Below, piece after piece: positions 27,495-36,144 of a DNA stretch of 64,000 nt. The DNA is taken from contig JAZKAJ010000005.1 in NCBI GenBank assembly GCA_040389185.1, positions 19,887 through 83,886 on the forward strand, written 5' to 3'. Origin of the DNA: Patescibacteria group bacterium (GTDB taxonomy: Bacteria > Patescibacteriota > Minisyncoccia > Phycocordibacterales > CAIRYW01). The notes beneath the pieces are model-generated. The model ran no database searches, had not been told where the DNA came from, and worked only from the letters and a program-made list of their open reading frames with translations. Made by a program: the position numbers and the translations under genes. The number at the start of each line of letters is the position of its first letter. Within the stretch, counting starts at the first letter, position 1.

Positions 27495-28406
27495 TTAATG
27501 ACTATCAATTGTGCCTCCATGCCCCCTCAAGAAATCCACATAACTCATTTCTTTCTTTCCTTCTGGGATCACTTTTTTTATCTCAAGCTTTCCTTCTAGA
27601 AGATCCGCATCAGTAATCTTAACTCGAATATCCTTGTCGTGATGTTTTACAAAAAAATATGTTCCAGGCCAATCTTCATATGCTCTAATTTTCAAAAGGT
27701 TTTTGTAAGGATCGTCACTTAGATCCAAAAGTCCATGCTTTTTTTCGATCATTGAAGAATATGTCGCATCTTTATGATCCTGGACTTTTGGAGTAATAGT
27801 TCCATCCACCCACTTCGGTAGAGCTTCTGCAAGAAGCTTCCCACCCTCAGCTGAAAGAATTTCATAGAGTTCACTTTTCTTCGGCACCCATTTCTCTATT
27901 GCCACCTCTCTTTGGGCAATGATTGGCCCATGATCCATCTCATCGTCAAGAAGCATCACAGTCACCCCGATCCTGTTTTTCATATCGTTTAGGATTGCAG
28001 TCTCGATTGGAGAAGGTCCACGCAGAGCTGGTAAAAGCGAAGGGTGCAAGTTCAAGATTCCTTTTGGAAAAACATCAAGGAGAGAATGTGGGATCATTTC
28101 ACCATAAGACACAAGAATTCCAACATTTGCTCCAACTTTTTTTATTTCACCAAATAATTCTGAACTTTTTATATCTTCGGGTGTCAGATATTCTACTTTG
28201 TTTTCTATTGCCCAAACTTTGACCGGAGATGGCACGAGCTTCAGATGTCTCCCCTGTGGCTTATCGGGTTGAGTGATAATGAGGTTCGGCATATATCCTG
28301 CATCTCGAAGAGAATTCAAAGACGCCACAGAGATTGGCGAGCTGCCAAAGAATACAAAAGAATTTTGAGGATTTATAGGCTCGCTTTGTTGTGAGTTTTC
28401 GTTCAT
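27495..28406 (-). CDS. fmt: Methionyl-tRNA formyltransferase
   Basis: TQPDKPQGR, NLHPSLLPxxRGPSPI and MDHGPII. Confidence 0.96.
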   Translation of the reverse strand: MNENSQQSEPINPQNSFVFFGSSPISVASLNSLRDAGYMPNLIITQPDKPQGRHLKLVPSPVKVWAIENKVEYLTPEDIKSSELFGEIKKVGANVGILVSYGEMIPHSLLDVFPKGILNLHPSLLPALRGPSPIETAILNDMKNRIGVTVMLLDDEMDHGPIIAQREVAIEKWVPKKSELYEILSAEGGKLLAEALPKWVDGTITPKVQDHKDATYSSMIEKKHGLLDLSDDPYKNLLKIRAYEDWPGTYFFVKHHDKDIRVKITDADLLEGKLEIKKVIPEGKKEMSYVDFLRGHGGTIDSH

Positions 28407-28435
28407 TTATTTTATTTAAATTTTGAGAAAGAATA

Positions 28436-28963
28436 CTAATCGTTCTTCGGTGGCAAGTTTACAATATCTTTTGCTTTGTCTATAAACAGCACTGCGTCGA
28501 GATGGTCCGTCTCATGTTGAAATATCTGCGCTAATAATCCTGACGCTCCACGCTTGAATTTCTTACCGTTTTCATCATATGCTTCGATCGAGGCTTTCTT
28601 TGATCGCTTCACTTTTCCATAGAGATATCGGACAGAAAGACAGCCTTCATCCATTTCTTCTTTATTGCGAGAAAGTTTTGTAATGATTGGATTTATGAAT
28701 ACAATATCATCTGCAATTGGCGTTGATTTATTCTCTTCATAATCCCCTGTTCCAATATCAAATGCGCGTCCAGACACGACAAAGATTCGAAGAGACTCAC
28801 CAATTTGAGGCGCAGCAATAGCCACTCCATCATCTTGTGAAAGGAGTGCTTTTTTCATATCCAAAATTACTTTCTGGATCTTTTTACTTCCAATCTCCTG
28901 AATTGGCACTTCTTTTGCCTTTTCACGGAGCACTTTGTGACCATTTTGAACGATTGCTACCAT
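28436..28963 (-). CDS. def: Peptide deformylase
   Basis: GVAIAAPQIG, EGCLS and QHETDHL. Confidence 0.97.
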   Translation of the reverse strand: MVAIVQNGHKVLREKAKEVPIQEIGSKKIQKVILDMKKALLSQDDGVAIAAPQIGESLRIFVVSGRAFDIGTGDYEENKSTPIADDIVFINPIITKLSRNKEEMDEGCLSVRYLYGKVKRSKKASIEAYDENGKKFKRGASGLLAQIFQHETDHLDAVLFIDKAKDIVNLPPKND

Positions 28964-29122
28964 GTTCCACAGTATAAAGTAAAAAGTTAAAAGTATAAAG
29001 TGAGTCAGAATTTCAAATTTTGATTCACTTTACAAAATCAATATTATATATTTATATTACATTGAACAAAAAGCTCTTTTACACTCATACAGATGAGGAG
29101 AGTTTTCCATCCCATATAAATT

Positions 29123-29542
29123 ATGTTACACATTGCAGACCATCTTCCATATACACATTCAGCACTCAAAGCAGAGCTGGAACAAGCTGAAGCCCACCTA
29201 AAACTTGTTAAGGAAGCCTTAGAAAAATTTGAGGCAGCCGAATGCACCTTCACAGGTGAACTGACCCCTAAAGGTCAGAAAGTGGAATTCGAGGTCGTGT
29301 GCCCCCAAGAAAATCCTGCCCACTCACAAGGTAAAGCTTGGGGAAATAACCTGGCGAGGTGTGTGAATCAAGCTTCTGAAATGTCAGGTCGCAACGGACC
29401 GTTCTGTGCATTCCTGAATGTTGATGACGCATCAATCGCAATCAGCAAGTACGATTTCTCTAATCTGGAATTCCAGGATCACGAAAAAAACGGGCGGGTT
29501 TGTTGGACCAAAACGGTCCGGAAAAATATCTGGCTCACCTGA
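29123..29542 (+). CDS. Hypothetical protein (ORFan)
   Basis: 139-aa ORF followed by a terminator at 29558-29589. Confidence 0.6.
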   Translation: MLHIADHLPYTHSALKAELEQAEAHLKLVKEALEKFEAAECTFTGELTPKGQKVEFEVVCPQENPAHSQGKAWGNNLARCVNQASEMSGRNGPFCAFLNVDDASIAISKYDFSNLEFQDHEKNGRVCWTKTVRKNIWLT

Positions 29543-29665
29543 GTGCAAAATCAACATCGCCGAATCCAGATTGGATTCGGCGGTTTTTTATTTATAAATA
29601 AGCATCGCAGCGAAGCTGCGATGCTTATTATCTTTCTCTTTTCACTAATCACTTTTAACTCCTTC

Positions 29666-30031
29666 TTACTTCGTATTCTTCTTTATTATCGCCTTAATCT
29701 TCTGCTTCCCCTTCTTTAACATATCTCTTCCCTTTTTATTTGCCTTTGTTACTTCCGTCACAATTTCATCTTTTACCGCATCAATAGATTTGTAGAGATC
29801 ATCAGTTGTCGCTTCTGCTCGGAATTTATGATCACCATATTCAAGATTGATTTCAGCACGAAAAATGTCTCCTTTTTTATGATGTTTTGTCGTTTGTCCG
29901 AGCTCCACCCTTGCTATAGCATCTTCTGTCTTTTTCACGAATTTCTCGATTCCAAGAATTTTCTTTTCCAAATAATCCTTTACCGCATCTGTCATTTCCA
30001 AACCGTTTGATTTGATGTGTCTTTTTATCAT
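29666..30031 (-). CDS. hpf: Ribosome hibernation factor HPF/RaiA
   Basis: EMTDAVKDYLEKK, FRAEINL and DLYKSID. Confidence 0.9.
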   Translation of the reverse strand: MIKRHIKSNGLEMTDAVKDYLEKKILGIEKFVKKTEDAIARVELGQTTKHHKKGDIFRAEINLEYGDHKFRAEATTDDLYKSIDAVKDEIVTEVTKANKKGRDMLKKGKQKIKAIIKKNTK

Positions 30032-30134
30032 ATATAATTTTCAATTAAACTGATAATAATCCGACAGATATATTATACCATTATTTTAGTTTTGAAACTT
30101 TGACTTTTTGTGTAATCTGGTAGTATGCAATCAA

Positions 30135-30500
30135 ATGTTCACCCTGCACCTTTCAGAAACTGACCTTAAGTGGTCCATCGTGTTCTGCTCAAAGAACATA
30201 GCTATCCAATCGGCTCCCGGACTGATTATTGTCCCTGAGAATCAATACACAAACAAACTTGCAAAACTCCTCAAAACCTACCCGGACGATTGCTCGCCTA
30301 TCTTTGAGGTATACAGCTCGCTCCTTAACCAAAAAATTGAACAATATGGGACCATACCAAAACTGATTGAGTCAATGGATACAAAAAGTTCGAGCAGAGT
30401 CATGAGTCTCATTGGATTTGAGGATTTAAATCATAAAGAGACGATACTTGGATCGCTCGAGACAATGCTTAAGGCAAAAAACGAACATAAATCTTCGTAA
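30135..30500 (+). CDS. Hypothetical protein (ORFan)
   Basis: ATG 8 nt after TTGACT..TAGTAT; hairpin at 30523-30547. Confidence 0.55.
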   Translation: MFTLHLSETDLKWSIVFCSKNIAIQSAPGLIIVPENQYTNKLAKLLKTYPDDCSPIFEVYSSLLNQKIEQYGTIPKLIESMDTKSSSRVMSLIGFEDLNHKETILGSLETMLKAKNEHKSS

Positions 30501-30545
30501 ATCAGCATTCCTCAACCTTTACACCGCCCCTCAAAAGGCGGTTTT

Positions 30546-30785
30546 TTATATATTTAATGTATCCTGAATCCCGATTATCTCGATATGCTTATTTGGGGTT
30601 GTTTGTCCTTTGATTATTCTTATACTTTTTGCCTGGGGGAATTTTTCTTTCATGATTTCAATCACTCTCAGATTAGCTTCACCTCTTTTTGCTTCTGCAC
30701 GAATATAAAGTTCAAACTTGCCAGATTTTGTTTCTACCAACTCTTCTTTACGACTTTTGGGAAATACCTTCAAACGAATCATCAT
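30546..30785 (-). CDS. DUF167 (YggU-like) protein
   Basis: KVFPKSRKE, GEAN and IIKGQTTPNK. Confidence 0.8.
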   Translation of the reverse strand: MMIRLKVFPKSRKEELVETKSGKFELYIRAEAKRGEANLRVIEIMKEKFPQAKSIRIIKGQTTPNKHIEIIGIQDTLNI

Positions 30786-30857
30786 ATCCATTATTATAAC
30801 ATGGCAAGTTTTGACAAAGTGCACCAGAATAATAAATGATGTTATAATCATTCCAAT

Positions 30858-31295
30858 ATGATTTCAAAAGTTAAAAGAAAAATTGGTTTTACCTGCGGAG
30901 CAATGGATCTCTTTCATGCGGGACACTATTTGATGCTCGCAGAGATCAGACCTCAATGTGAATATCTCATTGTTGGTCTTCATACTGACCCAAGTATAGA
31001 TAGACCAGAAAAACACAAACCAATCCAAACAGTCGAAGAGCGTCTCATACAACTTAAAGGCTGTAAATATATTGACGAAATAATTATCTACGATACCGAA
31101 GAGGATTTATACCAACTTCTCAAAGAATTGAATCCGGATGTTCGATTTATGGGCGAAGACTGGAAGGACAAACCAAACTATTCGAGAGACTTGTTGCCAG
31201 ACATCGAAGTTATATACAACAGTCGCTGCCACGATTTCTCAAGCTCTAATCTCCGAGCAAGAATTGTTGAAAGAGAATCTAAGGAAAATAAATAA
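30858..31295 (+). CDS. Cytidylyltransferase family protein (TagD-like)
   Basis: DLFHAGH (HxGH), LIVGL, GEDW and SSS. Confidence 0.85.
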   Translation: MISKVKRKIGFTCGAMDLFHAGHYLMLAEIRPQCEYLIVGLHTDPSIDRPEKHKPIQTVEERLIQLKGCKYIDEIIIYDTEEDLYQLLKELNPDVRFMGEDWKDKPNYSRDLLPDIEVIYNSRCHDFSSSNLRARIVERESKENK

Positions 31296-31444
31296 GTGTC
31301 TACAATTTGAGGTTTAGAATTTTTAAAGACATAGACAGTTTCTATATATTGACATTTCTACATTTTGATGTAATATCTGAGGCCGTGATGCGGCGCAATT
31401 TTTGCCGTATCGAAACTATAACGCTCATTCCACTCACCACCCAT

Positions 31445-31918
31445 ATGGCCACCAACATCGAAGAAATCAACGGAAAATTGGCAGAGGTCTTGGAGACCAT
31501 TGTATCCCAGATGAATGACGGGAAAAACCAACTCGCCTCATCCACACTCCAACGTGTTCTCGACGTCTCACGTAAGAACTCGATGCGGGTCGTGGGCATG
31601 GGTAGTCAACTCGGGATCCATATCATCCTGGCAATCAAGCCGGCGGGAGGCAAATACCTGAAATGGTCAGAGGTTCCCCTGAAGGATCAGGCGCTTCTGC
31701 TTGCAGAGCTCCAGATGTACAGCCCAATCATCAAAGAAGCACTGGGTCTGCCGGACGATTGGGGGATCTCAATCATGAAGGCTGATCAGAATTCCGCACG
31801 CCGTGAAGACTTCCACATCCACCTTACGTTCTCGCCATCACGGCCTGAGCTCGAAGAGATGGGTCTGCAACTGAACCCATTCGTCGATCCACGTATCGGC
31901 CCCCTCGACAAAGAGTGA
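31445..31918 (+). CDS. Divergent HIT-fold-like protein (ORFan)
   Basis: HIIL..P and DFHIHL resemble HIT motifs; own TTGACA promoter and terminator. Confidence 0.5.
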   Translation: MATNIEEINGKLAEVLETIVSQMNDGKNQLASSTLQRVLDVSRKNSMRVVGMGSQLGIHIILAIKPAGGKYLKWSEVPLKDQALLLAELQMYSPIIKEALGLPDDWGISIMKADQNSARREDFHIHLTFSPSRPELEEMGLQLNPFVDPRIGPLDKE

Positions 31919-32015
31919 TCAACCAGTTCATCTGGTCCAAAGCGCACAGCAGTTCCCTGCTATGCGCTTTTTTATTTTATTTTTTTGCAAAACTGACTTT
32001 TTGAGCTTTTATATT

Positions 32016-32498
32016 TCACTTATCCAACTTCCCCATCACCTTCAAAATTCTACCCACCGTTTTCCAGGTACGAGTTGTGATTTGTTTGCCGTACTTTTTC
32101 TCAGCACCTCGCATAAAGTCGGGAGTCTTCCCTTCTGTTAATTTAATCACTGTACATAATTCCTTTTTTCTATCTTTAAAAAAAGTAACAACAAGATAAT
32201 TTGGTTTCTTGTCTTCAATATTTATGAACGGATCTTTTTTTACTATTTTCTTCAACTCTCCTTCACTTCGAATGATTACATCTCGCTTAAAACCAAGTTC
32301 TTTCTCCATGATTTTCTCTAGACTTGTTTCAAGTTTCGTTATGTCTTTTGTATCACTTTGAAATACAATATTTCCACTTGCAATCACTGGTGTTACATTT
32401 TGAAGCTTCAACATCTCAAACACAGCCTTAAGACTTGTTCCTTTCATATTAGGATTTGTAGGCATAATGCCACGAATCAGTGCAACGTAGGTGGTCAT
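32016..32498 (-). CDS. DUF1697 family protein
   Basis: YVALIRGI, IASGNIVF and TTRTWKTV. Confidence 0.85.
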   Translation of the reverse strand: MTTYVALIRGIMPTNPNMKGTSLKAVFEMLKLQNVTPVIASGNIVFQSDTKDITKLETSLEKIMEKELGFKRDVIIRSEGELKKIVKKDPFINIEDKKPNYLVVTFFKDRKKELCTVIKLTEGKTPDFMRGAEKKYGKQITTRTWKTVGRILKVMGKLDK

Positions 32499-32502
32499 AA
32501 CA

Positions 32503-32874
32503 TTATTTTTTAGCTTTACTTTTCATTACTTTAAGACTCGCCTTCGTAAGCTTCTTTACTAGAGTTATTGGAATTTTTTTATTCAAAGGAAAAATCACGA
32601 TTGCTTTTGTAGTAGCATATTGAGCAAGCTCCACTTTGTGATCTTGTATCACCGGAGGACGGACATGCAGCCTCACACAATCTTTTTTAAAACTAAACCA
32701 AACAAACATTCCATCATAATCATATCCTTCATAAGAATATCCAGGCATCTGGAAGTAATCGGTCCGTTCTGTTGCGCCGGGTGTAGCCGCTTTTATTGCG
32801 GTCCGAATTTTAATTAAAATTTCCCGGATTTCTTTTGGCGCACTTTTTATATATTTGTCAGTATTATTTTCCAT
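32503..32874 (-). CDS. DUF1801 (YdhG-like) protein
   Basis: DKYI..IR..IKA..P..E..Y.MP.Y pattern and FPLNKKIP. Confidence 0.8.
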   Translation of the reverse strand: MENNTDKYIKSAPKEIREILIKIRTAIKAATPGATERTDYFQMPGYSYEGYDYDGMFVWFSFKKDCVRLHVRPPVIQDHKVELAQYATTKAIVIFPLNKKIPITLVKKLTKASLKVMKSKAKK

Positions 32875-32885
32875 TTTTTCTAAAT

Positions 32886-33314
32886 TTATTTAAGAGTAGA
32901 AAATTGAATTATCCATTCAATACCATACACATCTCTAAACATCCCAGCATATGTACCCCAAGGACTCTCACCTATCGGACCTTCGACTTCCCCTCCGTCT
33001 GATAAACTGTTAAATAATTTATCAGCTTCTTCTTTGCTGTCTGCGTTCACTAAAATTTTACTTCTATTTTCTCTCTCATTTACTTTCCCCATAAATTCTG
33101 GAACATCATTACCTATCAAAAGATTATTCGCACCAATAGGCAAAGCAATATATATAATTTTATTTTCTTCATTTGCTGCAACTTTGAATTCAGCGCTTGC
33201 CAAATCTTTAAAACGTATCACTTTTGTAAATTCTGTCCCGAACACTGATTTATAAAATGTAAATGCATCAAAGGCATTGCCGTTGAAGTTAATCCAAGGA
33301 TTTATTGTTGTCAT
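32886..33314 (-). CDS. VOC/PhnB-family protein
   Basis: PWINFNGN, FYKSVFG, LSDGG and WG..GMFRD.YG.EW. Confidence 0.88.
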   Translation of the reverse strand: MTTINPWINFNGNAFDAFTFYKSVFGTEFTKVIRFKDLASAEFKVAANEENKIIYIALPIGANNLLIGNDVPEFMGKVNERENRSKILVNADSKEEADKLFNSLSDGGEVEGPIGESPWGTYAGMFRDVYGIEWIIQFSTLK

Positions 33315-33468
33315 TATGTAATTATATATATCATAGTAAATTTCTTCAAATTTTCGACTCTTGCAATAATATTTACTTATTGCAGATTTCGTGTTTTAAT
33401 TATATAAATTGTTAGGAATGGCATGTCGCCATTCCCCATATAAACACACACCATGAAAGGAGGGGCAG

Positions 33469-34094
33469 ATGTCCTCGACAAAAAATTGGGATAATAAGGT
33501 TTTGATTCTGAGCACAGGAGGATATATCCCTCTTGCAATCGGCGGATGGAGTCATCCTGAAGAAGTCAATAGGCTTCATACACTGCATGGCTCATCCTCG
33601 CGGTAATGCTCCTGATCTCATCACGGGCACAAGGTCATGCTGGATGGAAGCTGTTGACAGGTTTTGCTATTGGAAATTTCTCAATGCTTATCTTCGGTTT
33701 CTGCCTTACTGGCACAACCTTCAACTTGGGAGATGCGGAAAAGGTTGTGCTCTACGGTCTCACCACAACAATCGTGACATGGGTTGCGTGGAGCGGGTTC
33801 AAGAAGAAGGGCAATCCTCGCATCCTTTTCCTTGGAGGTATTGCGACAGATGTACTGTCTTATTATCCGCAAGTGAAGCAATACCTATTGCCTCACGATC
33901 CACCAAGCCTCTGGCTCATCACCGGATGGTCTATGTGGATTGCAGCTGCAGCGATTACACTCTTCAATGTTGAAAAGCTTTTCCTGAAGATTAAGCTAGC
34001 TCCAAAAGATCGGCTGAAGTTTATCGAGGAGTCGGCGTATACCCTCGAAAACATCTTCTTCATGGTTGTGACTGTTATTATCATGACCCATTAG
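33469..34094 (+). pseudogene. PQ-loop-like membrane protein with an apparent 1-nt frameshift near 33571
   Basis: AAAGGAGG plus ATG 33469 gives MSSTKNW..HPEEVN, which continues in the 33606 frame as ASYTAWLILAVMLL..YYPQV. Confidence 0.6.
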
Positions 34095-34161
34095 ACCCAT
34101 CACCACGAGGAAGACCCGTCCTCATTCAAGGTGACGGGTCTTCTTTTATATTTTATCTAAA

Positions 34162-34593
34162 CTATAAGTTTTTATTCGCTACCTCTTTCTGATAATTCAT
34201 CATCCATTCTACCCCATATTTATCAGTCACCACTCCAAACACCCCACCCCAAAACTGCATTTCTGGTGCCATAAAAACTTCACCGCCCTCTGAAATTTTT
34301 GAGAAAAAATCTTGAAGTTGTTCTTCACTCTCGCAGTTTAAGGACATTCCAACATTGTCTCCAATAATTGCTTTGTCCTGCATCATATCCATACCCACAA
34401 AAGTTACATGTTCACTTTTGAGTATTGAATGCATCAGATTATTTTGCTTATCTTCCGGCATATCTTTTGACATTGGACTATCTTTTACCGTCATTGTTTC
34501 AAGTTCGCCACCAAAAATTCCTTTATAAAAATTCATTCCTTCTGTTCCTTTGTTGTCATTAAAACGTATAAATGGTGTAAGCATAATATTCAC
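34162..34593 (-). CDS. VOC/PhnB-family protein
   Basis: LTPFIRF, FYKGIFGG and FWGGVFGVVTDKYGVEW. Confidence 0.88.
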   Translation of the reverse strand: MNIMLTPFIRFNDNKGTEGMNFYKGIFGGELETMTVKDSPMSKDMPEDKQNNLMHSILKSEHVTFVGMDMMQDKAIIGDNVGMSLNCESEEQLQDFFSKISEGGEVFMAPEMQFWGGVFGVVTDKYGVEWMMNYQKEVANKNL

Positions 34594-34797
34594 GTAATTT
34601 ATAATACATATATTCTATATGATGTTACCTATTGTAGCCAGTTGAAAATGGTATCGTGCTCCGACTCGTGGATAAAGTTCGCACCTATTTTAGGAATACG
34701 AGTGAGTATATTTATATACCAAAATTGAAATAATTTATATAAAAAAGAAACCGCCCGCAAGAAGCGAACGGCTTCAGGCGGGCGTAGAGGCAGAAGA

Positions 34798-35085
34798 TCA
34801 CCGATAATCATAGTTTACCCACAGCAAATTGTTATCGCTGTCACGAATAGCTTTGATGGATCCATAGCGCCAATAAAAAGGCGCGTCTCCCGAAAAAAGT
34901 TGGATGGCGCCCATTGATTGCCGGATCCTGCCATTTGCAACGTGAGCAAAGTCACCATCCAGAACGACACCAGTCGGCAATCCTTCTCTTACCGCGTTGG
35001 GTGTTAATTCGACAGAGAATCCTCCGTCGTGACCCCAATTTCCATCAGGATTTTGAAAAGTTTTGACATCATTATCAGCTTGCAT
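34798..35085 (-). CDS. Hypothetical protein (ORFan)
   Basis: AAGGAG RBS, upstream TTGACA promoter and terminator at 34741-34775. Confidence 0.65.
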   Translation of the reverse strand: MQADNDVKTFQNPDGNWGHDGGFSVELTPNAVREGLPTGVVLDGDFAHVANGRIRQSMGAIQLFSGDAPFYWRYGSIKAIRDSDNNLLWVNYDYR

Positions 35086-35214
35086 GTTTGTGGTCTCCTT
35101 TTGTTAGAACTGTTCAAAGTGAACTTATCACGTTTTTGTGATATGTCAATAATATTGTTATGGTTTAATGCTCGGAATCACAAATAAATTAGTGCGGGTT
35201 CTAATTCCAACCAA

Positions 35215-35274
35215 GGTAACAAAAAATCACCTTGATAAACAAAGTGATTTTTAGTTGCTCCCCGGTAGGGAATC
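35215..35274 (-). repeat. Direct repeat of the tRNA-Asn 3' end (att-like) with its own terminator hairpin
   Basis: CCCTACCGGGGAGCA versus CCCTACCGGGGGAGCA, followed by AAAAATCACTTTG..CAAGGTGATTTTT. Confidence 0.75.
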
Positions 35275-35344
35275 TTTCGTTACACGAACAGTACACCTTT
35301 TGGATAATTTGCTTCTTAAAATCGCAAATTATGCTCAAAAGGTT

Positions 35345-35432
35345 TTCGATCCCTACACGCAAGTGCCCCGCACTTGCTCGGCTGGAGCACAAAAAGAAAA
35401 AACACCTATTATAGGTGTTTTTTCTTTTTGTG
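35345..35432. repeat. Long hairpin plus inverted copy of the tRNA-Asn 3' end with an inserted hairpin
   Basis: TTCGATCCCTAC + 22-nt insert + CGGCTGGAG, then CACAAAAAGAAAAAACACC..GGTGTTTTTTCTTTTTGTG. Confidence 0.85.
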
Positions 35433-35775
35433 CTCCCCCGGTAGGGATCGAACCTACGACCAATCGATTACATTTATCCTAAAATTACTTAAAGGGATGG
35501 ACTATATCATATCCGTATTCTAAATTTCTTTAGAGTTTAGGACCGAGGCGCTTCGTTCCAAATATTATTTAGAACTACTCCGTTAAGGATAGTCTCTGAA
35601 CCTTCTCCGATTTACACCAGAGCTTGGCTGCTGATTGCCCTTTGTATTGCTACAAATAAGGTTTCCAGCAATTCACCTCGTTTTTCAAACTATCATTTCG
35701 ATAGAAAGCTGCAAACAGTATCATTTTTAATGATGACGCTGACAGTCGATTGCTCTACCGCTGAGCTACAGGGGA
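35433..35775 (-). tRNA. tRNA-Asn(GTT), intron-containing; exons 35775-35742 and 35470-35433
   Basis: Joined exons give TCCCCTG/CGGGGGA acceptor, GCTC/GAGC D stem, ATCGA-CTGTTAA-TCGAT anticodon arm and GTAGG-TTCGATC-CCTAC T arm. Confidence 0.95.
35471..35741 (-). ncRNA. Group I intron (271 nt, no ORF) in the tRNA-Asn anticodon, GT^T
   Basis: P GAATTGCTGGAAA, Q AATCAGCAG, R TCAGAGACTA, S GATATAGTCC; P3 CGAGGTG/CGCCTCG; exon ends in U, intron ends in G. Confidence 0.93.
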
Positions 35776-35839
35776 ATATTACTCTATCTTTTTGATCATT
35801 ATTTTCATACTGATCAAAATAAATCTGGCAAATAAATTG

Positions 35840-35972
35840 TCGATTAACAGTCTCGTCACAGATAATTTTCCGCTGAAAATTTCTGCGACCCCACCTCACG
35901 CCATCGCGTTCCGGTCTTGCGGTTGGGTCCCTATCCCAACCTCACTCCACCGCTCTTCTACAGGGGAATACT
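35840..35972 (-). pseudogene. Degenerate tRNA-Asn 5' portion with a ~90-nt hairpin insert and an intron-free anticodon loop
   Basis: TCCCCTGTAGAAGAGCGGTGGAG ... GACTGTTAATCGA. Confidence 0.75.
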
Positions 35973-36037
35973 ATGTTTTATCAAACATATCTGATTACTA
36001 ATTATAATAACCAGAATTTGTCTTATAACAACAATTT

Positions 36038-36068
36038 TTGCTCTACCGCTCCGCTACAGGGGAATACT
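36038..36068 (-). repeat. Second degenerate copy of the tRNA-Asn 5' end, next to the promoter
   Basis: TCCCCTGTAGCGGAGCGGTAGAGCAA, downstream of TTGCAA..TACTAT. Confidence 0.8.
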
Positions 36069-36144
36069 CGGAACATAGTATCAAAAAAGTAGCTTTTTGC
36101 AAAGGATTAGATAGAACCATATTGCCCTAAGAAAGAAGCCGGGG

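Noticed and set aside
33533-33973. 146-aa alternative-frame ORF
   Set aside because: It is an off-frame overlap of the membrane-protein gene, with implausible Cys/Arg-rich composition.
35201-36001. Short ORFs over the tRNA-Asn locus, possible homing endonuclease
   Set aside because: They are shadows of the tRNA, intron and repeats, with no LAGLIDADG, HNH or GIY-YIG motif, and the intron is too short.
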